From Phoronis australis (Eukaryota; Animalia; Phoronida), in assembly GCA_002633005.1 (NCBI GenBank), contig NMRA01000519.1, forward strand, positions 239,640-303,639: DNA of 64,000 nt, read 5' to 3'. Of this stretch, positions 12,101 through 24,100 are shown in pieces. Every line of letters starts with the position of its first letter. Positions within the stretch are counted from its first letter, which is position 1. Made by a program: the position numbers and the translations under genes. Under the pieces are notes generated by a model. That model did no database searches. It had not been told where the DNA came from and saw only the letters and a program-made list of their open reading frames with translations.

Positions 12101-15100
12101 ACGCCTAACCAGCAAATTTTATGAAAATCCGTTAAGGACCTACAAAAAAACAGAGGTAAGCGTAAAAAACTAAAATTGCCACTAGGGGGCACACCGGCAG
12201 TCAGAGAGGTCCAAAATTAGTCGCCGTCCTTCCTCAGCTTCATAGAAACACATCTGCAAAATCTCATCAAGATCCTGTGAAGAGTTTAGGAGATGACAGC
12301 AATATGCGACCACATATAAATTTGTGGGCACATGAAAATAGGTTACTTTACACAACAAAAGTACCAAAATACCATAAATCAAAGCCTCATAGGAATTTTA
12401 CTGCCAGTAAATATTAATTGGATACTTCAACTTAAGCACTGAGCTCTTTGACCAAACTGATCCTACGTACCTGTTTGACTGGGATGAACGAAAGTTAAAA
12501 CGATACTGTATGTTAACAGGTGTATACTGCCAATCGACCAGGACAAACATCTGCAATACAAACGGTTATTTACTACCCAGTGGGTAACACTCACTAAAAA
12601 GTGCCCTGCATTTTCAGAACCAGTTTTCTCCATTAAATAACAAGCATCAAACTGGTTCTCAAAATACGGGACCTCTGTGATTGTTACCCAAGCCTGAACA
12701 GTAAATAACTACTGAGTAATAACCCACACAACTATGTCCCCAGGGAGATAACGATTTGACGGGAAAATAAGATGGTACGTTGCGATGTTCTATAGAGAAC
12801 GTTCATGTGCTGCATGGTTTGATCCACTACACTGCATAGGATTGATCGACACTAAGCACAATAAAGTTGGATATTTTCATCTTCGTTTTGTGAGTTTTGT
12901 AGGGTTTTTGTTCAAAATGGAGGTTATCTGTCCTCAGTAGTTATTTTGTGTCTAGAACACTAGTGGAGGAATGATTACCGTTGGGGTTGGCACCGCAATA
13001 ATTCCTTCAAATGGCACTCAGTGTCACGATATGTTAAATAACACCATAGTTATGAAATAAATTGTACACTGTCATTACCACAGTTTTGGGTTCTGAGCAC
13101 CAGTATACAAACCGAGGGTGAACGTTGATAACTGATCTATTGTACGATTTCATCCACTTTAGGTGGAATTAGGCTTCACAAACCTTGAGCAATAATGAAT
13201 TACCAATTCTTTCCAAGTCCAGAAACCACTTTGAACTGAGTAAAGGACTGGCTGGGACCAATTTCACCCTGTAAATGATCTAAATTATAGACTTTTTAAT
13301 GGAAGGATGGTCTATAGCAGCTAAATATACTGTCGCTAATCTTCTTTTGCTAGGCATTATTTACTAGGCTACTCGTTAGGCCACTCATCAGATATCCTCT
13401 AATCCTACCTTTAATAGGACTGGCTCTTTGCTGAGTACTGTACGAACGAGGTTTGTTTTAAATATGAAAGACTTTGTAGATATGTCTGGAGTGCTCCATC
13501 TCTGCTGGGCCCTACCCAGGTAGACACCTAACAGTGGACAATGGCTGCTCTCTAACAGCTGAAGTATATGACTGGTCACTGCAATAAAAAGGTCATGTTA
13601 GATCCCAATACATGACAAAACGTCCAAAATCAAGCAGACACCTTTCACTTAAATTTAACTTTTGGCTAACTTCAACACAAAATATATAAATTGAGTGGCT
13701 GTTGTCAATAACAGGTGCTTGAACTTCTAAAACAGATTTTATGCTGTAGTTAGAGAGGTCATAAAACTCTCTGTTGTAACTGACACCAGCAGCTATATAT
13801 CTCCTCTTAACTTGTTCCTCATATTTGGTTTAAAGAAAATTCCTGAACCAAGAGTTTGTTATGCCTTAGGCTTGATAATTATATGTTAACTGATTTATCA
13901 CCAAGTGTCAAAGCCAAGCATGATTGCTAGTACTACACAAGTGTCACCTTTGGCACAGTTCAGAAATCATTCGTCAAAGTAAGGAACAAGTTGAGACCAC
14001 TTTATAGAGAAAAGTGACTTTTATAATCAAAGGCTACTTCTTTGACGGTTAGGTTTATAGCCGCTTTAAACATTTAGTACAAAAAGGATCATTGTCAAGC
14101 TAAAACACTAACCAATGTCAGCGTACAACTCAACTGCTTCAGTAGCTCCCCCAAGTGGTCCACTCACGTAGCAGTATTCGGTGACATCTATCTTTCGTAA
14201 ATAAGGGGACATTTTTCCATANCTCTTATAATCAAAGTGACTCTTATAATCAAAGTGACTCTTATAATCAAAGTGACTTTTATAATCAAAGGCTACTTCT
14301 TTGACGGTTAGGTTTATTGCCGCTTTAAACATTTAGTACAAAAAGGATCATTGTCAAGCTAAAACACTAACCAATGTCAGCGTACAACTCAACTGCTTCA
14401 GTAGCTCCCCCAAGTGGTCCACTCACGTAGCAGTATTCGGTGACATCTATCTTTCGTAAATAAGGGGACATTTTTCCATACCAGGGTGTAGTGTTTGTCA
14501 GTGCAGTGCAAAATGCAACCTAAAATACAACAAAATTAAACAAGAAAATTTCAAGTTACCACCAGAATCTGAGCTCCCCATTAGGCTAGCTGGGTAACCT
14601 TACTAGCAGCGAATAGCAATAGAAATCGCTTGTAGAAATAACTTTGCGCACAAAAGCCGTGATTGCAAAACAATTGTACTGTACATGCGTGCCTTCAGAC
14701 CCATGTACCTACATTAGGTACATGCCTCTAAGCCCTACAAGACAATTAAAAGTAATCAGACAAAATACCGTTTTCAGGCATGATGGCTCCCTCCTGAAAG
14801 AGTACAAAAATGGCAGTATTCTTATCAGGTTTATGTTTTTGTACTTGTTAAACTGAAAGTTAGTGTGCTTCAAAGTTAGATACCAGTGTTGGTTCATAAA
14901 GTGATGTGATGTAAAAAATAATGTTTTTTAATTCCCAACTCTTTGTGTATTATTTTGTTTTTGCTTGGTAGGATTATTAGCGACATTTATTAAAGCTATT
15001 GGTTGTCTCGTCATGTTTTAGGGTATGGAAATGTTGTTAAAGCCGTTGACTTCTGTAATTTGACACAATCATTTTTATACATCAAAAACAAGCCCCTCCC

Positions 15101-18100
15101 CCTAAAGCATATGATTCGTTTGCTCTTGAAAATGACGATAACTGTGAATGGTCCCCAACTCAAGTAATGTCATGTTGCTGTAATAGAACAATCTAATGTA
15201 AGTTATTAATGTGAACAAATTTGACAAATGTGTGCAATAAAGTCTGGTTGTTTACCTTGAAACCACTCTTCATCACATGACTATTTGGGTTGGCAAGGGT
15301 CCTCACTATAGGTGATAGGCTGAAGAACCTCTTTCCATCTACCAACCTGAGTGAGCTGACATGACCTTCAGTAAGAGTATGAAAACATGAGTCATGACTT
15401 GTGCATATTTTGACTTTTCCAACATAAACAACTTGTGCAACACATTGCGCAAATGTCAACTGCAACACCCACAGCCTACATTGTCTAATAAATAAATGGG
15501 TAAAGTAATAATAAAACAGAATTATTTGTCCGTATCAATTGACTAGAGACAATATTTGTTGAATACACAACAACAATGTTCACGATAATTTTCAATCATG
15601 ATATTTGCTCGAGCTCTCTGTATTTTTGACAGTCGTTCCCAATGCAACAAGAAAGCAGACGACCAAAAAGCGTCAGCTGTGCCTCGAGATTGTTCTTGCC
15701 TCATCCTCAGGCAAATGATGTTCTGCAAGTAACCATCAAATGTACAGCAAACTCAAAGGAATATCATTAAAATTATTAACCGTGAACATTGCTGTGTGTT
15801 CAGTTTTGTCATGCTTTCTAAGTTTAAGAAAAGTTTTAAAAGTTCAGTCCAATTTACAAGTCTTGCATGTATATTTTTGCTGAAGACATTGGCTGGCAAT
15901 AGTGGAAATCAGTATTTCAATGCAAGTCAAAATCTGGAGCAATGCAAGCCGCAAGCTTCTAGTACAGTACTATAGCTGGGGCAATGGGTGGGGTTTGCAC
16001 TCCTTTTGGAAGGGTCAAGTACTAAGTAATTACCATGTGCCTCAACTCCAGGAATGTGATAGATGAAGTTGTCAGGGTCCTCTTCCCGGCTCAGTTTGTG
16101 CAGAACTTCACTCGTAATTCGTTCGTTGCTCTCGCTAAACAAATCCATTCTGAAACAGCAAACATGTCACTAGACAGTCAATAACGTAGAAAATATATCG
16201 GAAACTAAATAAGGCGATCCAGATCCTCCCAAAGATACTATTGTTTCATGAAATGAAGAATATAAATCGGTAAATAAAACAACAAGAACGGATCAACTGA
16301 AATTTGAAATTTTCGGATGTAATAACTTCCTTTGTCTGTTTTTGTTGACAAAGGAAGTTATTACATCCAAAAATTTCAAATTTCAGTTGATCCGTTCCTG
16401 TTGTTTTATTTATCGATTTATACTAGACAGTCAAGTATGCATTATTGCCAATAAACAAAGAAAAAACAAAAAACATTCATGGTGCGTTCAGAGTGAGTGA
16501 TGCTCAGAACATTTGTATGAATTAAAGTCATGTGTGTTACCATTCAAAAAAGGCTTTATGTGTAAGATCCATGGTTTAATCTCCAAACTCAGACTTGACT
16601 CAGAATCAGACTCGGAACCAATCATGCTGAATAATTCAAGTACAAATCGGTACTTAGTTAACTAGACGTCTGCCACGCAATTGGTCAACTTTTGAGTTGA
16701 GTTCTGAATACAGATATTAGAAGTGGGCGTGGAATTTAAACATACCATAGATCTGACAGCAAAATAATACCAAGAGCAAGGACTGGTTAAGAATTACTCA
16801 CCTTCTTCTGAACTGTTTTATGGCAGACACAATGTCATTATCTAATTCACTTTTTTGACAATGTCAATGTCAATGTCAGTAAACAGGTCAGTGAAGGATC
16901 AGGACTGTGCAGTGTGCAGTATTCCATTGTGCGAACGAAAAGCACTCAAAAAACACACAGCACCCAAATAAAAGTGATAATTATATTTTATTCACCAATT
17001 CTCAAATTAGAATTATGGGTGACTCTAAGGACAAAGGACAAGTCCAGTGTGGATGTCAACTTCAATTGTCATGTTTAGCTCTCGTAAAGAGATGGCAATG
17101 TTGACCCACTAAATACATACTTAACAGCAGATTGTCTGAGGACGCTGACGAGAGTTGAATGTGGATTGGGTGGAAGGACAGCACCAGTGATTAGTTCAAA
17201 CAGGAAGGTAGACCACACTTCATCTAGATGACTGTCCAGGATATACTGAAGACAAAGAATAACTTAGGGTTTTAGTCTTATCTAGAGACTTGAATGCCAA
17301 TAATGAACAATGGTGCCTTACAATTATTGATGAGAAAAGTGCCATTAGAACTACAATATAGTTACAAGTTAGACAAATCAATACCAGATAACACCGTAAT
17401 AAGACCTATTTATGTAAATTTTTTGTGGAATCACATGAGCGGGCCATATGCTGTTGGATAGTGCCACTCGAAAAATACTCCACCTCTATCGTTTTTATAA
17501 TTTCTATTCTTGGCAAAGTGTAATAGTGAAAATCTACATCTGAGTGAACCCCAAATGGGCGGTTACCAGTAGGTTATGATGCAGCAACATTAAATAAATT
17601 GTAGTTAAGGTTATGCAGAAACTTGTTGACAAGTATGCACATTAAGCTAAATTTTTACAAAACCAAGATGATTTAAGATTTTATTCCTAAAAAATTCTGA
17701 AAATACAAAAGCCGGCAAGATTTGATTTTTTACTTTACACCATTCTGCCACTAACAAGGCTACATGACCTTGTCGTTTTAGTAAAATTTAGCAAGAATTC
17801 GTTTCTTGTCTCATGCAGCCAATCTAAGAATTTCAGTCTTAATTTCATAGTCCCTCATGCAAAATATGAACATTTTAAAAACAATTATACTAAACAGCGT
17901 TTTAGAGAACAGTGGACAAAGCACTGTTAGTAGTTTCATGTCAACCCAATGAGCCATTTCTGAGACATGATGTTCCAAAGTTGGACATTTTTCTAGGGCC
18001 CTACATACTAACCTTAAAAGTAAGGAGTAACCAAAACTCACCTTCATTAAGACAGTTTCCGACGATAGTTCTGTTGGCTCTGCCTGCCTCTCTTTACACG

Positions 18101-21100
18101 TGTCAACATCCAAAACTACAGGAAAACGACTTATAATAATTAGAAATTCTATGGCAGTACATGGAATCAATAAAATTTCATTCATTCTGCAATCTCCAAG
18201 TAGAACAATATTTAGTCACATCTTGAATTGAACTCTCCTCTCTGGTCACATGATTTACCAAATTTTCAACAACGTTTAAGTTGCTAAAAGTTACCAAAGA
18301 ATCTAAAACGAACAAATAAAGAAAGGTAGTGGTGCCCTACCCAGCTCGTCAACACTGAAAACTCACTGTGCAAAAGTCAAACTTGATTAGTATTAAAATA
18401 ATTACGAACAAATTAACAACTTTGCAGCAATGTGGGTAGTGTGGCAAAATCATTGAGGGCGCTGCGATGTTTTGGAAAAACGATATTATTGTTCACTGAT
18501 GACAGTCAAATAAATTATCAGGGAGAAAGTTTCACTAATTATACATTTTTTGACAATAAGAATATTTATTCGAACAAAAAAAGCAGTCAGAAAATTAATG
18601 TAGTCAATCACTAACACTTTAGAATCTTTCAAAAGCTTTTTAGGAATAAGTTAAACCTATTCCATGACTGGTGGCCATGCATAGTTATTTCCTTCAAGTA
18701 ACCCATGTTATATGAACTACCAAGAGCTAAGCGTTATACCTATGATAATAATAACGCAAGTACCTGACTTGTCATGACGCCACAACTTCATGTTCTCATG
18801 GCCGAATTTGTAATGTTCAACCTGTAAAGAAGAGCCACTTTATGGAAATTGTTATTAACTGCAACTATTGCTTTAAAGAGTTAAAGAGTTCCCACCATGC
18901 ATTTCCTTAGTATCTGAGGTTTCAGTTAGCTAACATGAAATAAATATCATAAAATCTAACTAAATAAAAATAAGCACTTTTTATGCCAAATATTCGCAAT
19001 TTTTTAATTTTGAAAAAATTATTATTTCCAAGTTTCCTGCCAAATGATGTCATAGGTGGAAGACGTTTGGTCACTTGACAATCAATTGCAATCATGCAGA
19101 ACACAGCAGAGCAGAAAACGAGGACGATTTTGAGCGAGAACTGGACAATTATTATGCAGACAGAGAGGAGAGTGGATACAGGCATCACACTCGAGTACTA
19201 GATGAATAAGACAACGGATTTGATTTCCCACTTGGTGAACATTCATCGACTTTGAGACCGTATGAATTTGACTCATTTGCGCGAGAAATGTCACAGACAT
19301 ATGTGAGCTACAACCAACTGAACCAAGGGTAATCAATATTCACAAAATAGACACTTAATAACCACTGACAAAGGCCACATTAAACCTGGGTCACTCGTAT
19401 TCACTGTTGCCATGATGGCACGGTCTAAACACATTGCATAAGCCTAAGTGACGTTGCACTCGAATGTGGGCCAGGGTCGAGGGCCTGGCATCACTCGCCC
19501 TAGAATGGAAGCAGTTTGTTCGTTATTTATGAAAGCACATTTTACAATGTGGCGAGTCTTTCATCATAACGCCTCTTTTTGTGTTTGGTGAAAACACGTT
19601 TCCTTGACTGAAATATGCCAATGAAACAAAGTGTGGCTCCCGACCGAATCGTATGTTCCCCATTGTCATTCCACACTCTCGTACGGCGCACTAACCCATA
19701 CCATTTCTGTGGAACTTTTGCGTCTTTAGCAAATTCGAACACAGAGACGTTCTCAGTGAAGATGCAGCCTCCACAAACACATCTTTTGATGTCTGAAAAA
19801 GGCGGCTCTCCGCGGACTTTCCTCACAACTTATCACTATCGCACTGGTAAAATCAAGAACGGGGAAGATGGTCTTCCACCTGTTACGCACAACCCCGATA
19901 ACAGAAAAATGATTCTTATAAAATGTTTGGAATGTTTCTTAGCAATGTTTATTTAATAAAATCCTTTTTGAGACACAGGGTCATGGTGGGAACTCTTTAA
20001 AGCAAACAACAGAACAGTTAGCATGAGTTATAGGTCTAGAGCAAAAACATAATGGAGTTCCTTTTAAAGTGATTCAATTTATTTAGCACATTGGAAAATC
20101 ACTTTTCAAATCATAGTGAACATAAATGATGTACTTACATTTAATTTATGAGACATTACTTCTGATGATGGCCCTGGCGCCTTTTCAGAAAATGCTCTTT
20201 TGAGAGACACGATCATGTCCTGCAATCAAGACAGTTTTGTATTAAAGTTATTAAAAGTTGCAACCATCAAGTAATTAGTCATCAATGAAAACTAAAGCAG
20301 CCAAAGAATCACAGAATATCATTTCTGTGAAGCATTGGAAAAATGGACAAAAAGCAGAATGGAAACCAGATATGAGAGAAAATTTGTTTTATAATCAGTA
20401 AAATCCACAAGATTCAATAGTGAAGCACATAATGGCATGGTGCATACTTCACCATTTGAGCATTTAGTCACTTACAATTGACATGTGATCTAAATCAGAG
20501 CCCAGAGTTAAACATTAGTGTTACCACAAAAGGACATTTTTACAGAAAAAAGACCCAGCCAACGAATTGACAGAAATAGGTCAGTTACTTTGTGCTGGTC
20601 AACAGCATAGCTTCATCTAATCCATGAAGCAATTAATATTGTCGAAACGAAGCAATTAATATTGTCGAAATGAAGCAATTAATATCATAGGAATGAAAAT
20701 TAATATTGTCAAAATGAAGCAATTAATACTGTCAAAATGAAGCAATTAATACTGTCAAAATGAAGCAATTAATATCATCAGAATGAAAAATTAATATTGT
20801 CAAAATGAAGCAATTAATATCATCAGAATGAAAAATTAATATTGTCAAAATGAAGCAATTAATACTGTCAAAACAAAGCAATTATAATACCATCGGAATG
20901 AACAATTAATATTGTCAAAATGAAGCTATAAATAAATATTGTTGAAGTGAAGCAATTAATATTGTCAAATTGAAGCATTTCATTGATACAGTATATCATC
21001 AACTGTCACCATTTTCCAGGTGCTGAATCGTTCCACAAATAGGTTGACTTTGTGTGTTTTTGGTGTTGTAAAATTTAACTGCAAAGAACGGTTCTTGCAT

Positions 21101-24100
21101 GAATAAAGTCAAATAATGATTAAAAAGACAATGAAGAAAGAGGAAAAAAACTGGAAATCAAATAACAGGAAATCAAAACCAAAAAAGAGGAAATCAAAAC
21201 CAAAAAAAGAGGAAATCTCCTTAAAAGAGGAAAATTACAAGCTCAGATAACACAGGTCTTGTCAGGTTATGACATTTGGACAATGGAAAAAAACAAACAA
21301 TTACAAATTAAAGTCCACGAAAATGCAACAGATTCCTGTTTTTGCAACTTTCTCAAGAGACAAATGTACAGAATACACCAAAACCAAAACCAAAATATCA
21401 ATCCTCATCATGACAGGTGACGACAGGTAATGACAGTCATTCTACTTACTATGACGACGAAATCCACAAATTATACTCAGCCGTCATGATGAGGAAATTG
21501 TGGGTCATTTTGGCAAAGTGATGACATTTCATAATTATTTTGGCAAAGTGATGACATTTCATAATTATTTTGGCAAAGTGATGACATTTCATAATTATTT
21601 TGGCAAAGTGATGACATTTCATAATTATTTTGGCAAAGTGATGACATTTCATAATTATTTTGGCAAAGTGATGACATTTCATAATTATTTTGGCAAAGTG
21701 ATGACATTTCATAATTATTTTGGCAAAGTGATGACATTTCATAATTATTTTGGCAAAGTGATGACATTTCATAATTATTTTGGCAAAGTGATGACATTTC
21801 ATAATTATTTTGGCAAAGTGATGACATTTCATGATTATTTTGGCAAAGTGATGACATTTCATGATTATTTTGGCAAAGTGATGACATTTCATGATTATTT
21901 TGGCAAAGTGATGACATTTCATAATTATTTTGGCAAAGTGATGACATTTCATAATTATTTTGGCAAAGTGATGACATGTCATAATTATTTTGGCAAAGTG
22001 ACGACATTTCATAATTATTTTGGCAAAGTGATGACATTTTTGGTATGATCTCACCTGAAATGAGGGACAGTTTGGTAAAGAGTCTTCATACAGCTGTATC
22101 AACACCGTCATGCTGAAGTGATTAGCTGTCCGCAGAGATTCAACTGTCTAAAGAAACACAGAGATCACAAGTACAGACAAGTTCTCCTAATACGCATACA
22201 TTAGCAAAACTTTAATGCAAAACCAAGCATTGAGGAAATTTATAACAACAATACGTGATTGCGTTAATATTTTAATTTGTACCTTCAACTGGAAAGATTC
22301 ATTTTTCATTTTAGTTAAGACCTTTATAAAACAGATTTTAAAACACCACAAGAGGTTTTATTTTCTCACATGAACTAGAAAAAATTTCAACCACATGATG
22401 CAACTAACAGTAAAAATTTCAACCACAGTAAAAATACGCTCATGCAATATAGAGTAAACTCAGTTACTTTCTGCTTACAAGTCTTATACTTTTAAAGTTA
22501 AAAATTTTATTCTAAATTGCATTCAGCTTTCATTCAGTTCAAGTTAGAATCTGATGAATAGTTTTTGAAATTGTAATAAACTTCCCCGCGTGTGAGGACT
22601 GAATTGACATTGAAACAGCACAGCCATACAGTCGCACCACGTTTCTTGAGTTGGGTTACGTCTCTATTTGAATAAACGTGGATATGGAATTCGCCACCAA
22701 AGATGGGTCCATTTAAGAAGTTGTTTGCATGCCCTTCCGACAGGGAGAACATACAGTTGCATCACCCGATTTGTCATCTTCACGGAATTCCGTCATTTAT
22801 GGTTGGCCCGCGTTTGGTTGTTGGCATTAGTGCTTTGGAGATGATAGAATATAACAAGGCAGATGGATTTCTAATTTGCACTACTTTGTGATTCGCCAGC
22901 GTAATATCAAAAAATTACGTACTCGGTGTCACTAATCAGTCGTGTCGTAACACGTTCCAGGTGATGTGAGTACCTTAAAATAAAGGTTCCCTACCTTTAC
23001 CATTACTACTTTTACTAGATATCAGATGAGCAAGCATTCTTTAATTAAACAGTAATAGCAAGCATTCTTTAATTAAACACTCAGTAATACGAGTTAGAAA
23101 TATTATAGCACTTTCAGGTACTAAGCATTTGCTAAAATTGTACTTAAAAGCAGCCTACGGTACATTCATTTTATTACAATTTTATAACATACAAAGACAT
23201 GGTGTTAAATACAATGTGCATTAAATGCAAGGTGTATATTTTACGCAAGCAGTAACAGAACATTCACACTCTTTTTACACTGGAATCATACATACTAGTC
23301 AATTAATTATGATAATCATAATTTATTAATAAAAAAGAAAACTCACTATTCTGGAAACAGGGACTGACTGTTGATCTATCCCATTCAACAAGTGGATCAG
23401 TTTAATGCCAGCAGATTGAAGGTCAGAACTCCTCTCAACACTTGAACAAATGAAATAAAGAACTTAATATTTATTAATAAGAATTATTTCTTAATGTTAT
23501 GTAGGACTTTATCTGTGTAAATAACTCAGTTGAAATATACACTTAAAGAAAGTAGAATGCCCGTATACCGTTCTGAAGTCAGCAAAATTTGAATATTTTT
23601 CTACAATCCTACATAACATTTAACATTTCGCCACAAGAGTGACACAAATGGATTTATTTGAGAATAATGCTTTAAAACCTTTATGCTTTGCACGTTATCA
23701 CTATTTTCAACCTCGTGATATCTTGGCTGCAAACCAAATGGGAATTAGTAAAAATTAATCAAGACATTAAACTTCGAATTGGTTGTTTACTTCCCGTTAT
23801 TGATGGAAGAAAACCAAACCAAATCTCATTCTTAATGCTAAATCAAGTCTGGTACAGACAGCAGGGTAGACAACTGTTGCTAACCAGAAGACTGAGTGAC
23901 AACAAAACAAACTACAGTGTTCAACTCACAGCTTAGAAGAAAACAGATCTCTAACCATCTCGTAGTATTGTTCAAACATCTTGTTAACCGCTCCTTGAAG
24001 TTCTGGAGACTCCTGAAAAGTTAACAGAATGACACACGAGCAACCAAGACTGCCGTCTTATCTGTGCGTTATAGAAAAGAATTACAATAATTTCATTGGT

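Noticed and set aside
14012-14221. Tandem duplication of exon 23 (possible mutually exclusive exon)
   Set aside because: The copy is truncated, near-identical and ends exactly at a single N. The same pattern occurs at N221, N11657 and N26024, which indicates contig-overlap or haplotype artefacts.
21449-22111. Long repetitive ORFs on both strands, or a CRISPR-like array
   Set aside because: This is a pure 30-bp tandem repeat with no unique spacers and no cas genes, in a eukaryotic intron. The ORFs are a by-product of the unit length.
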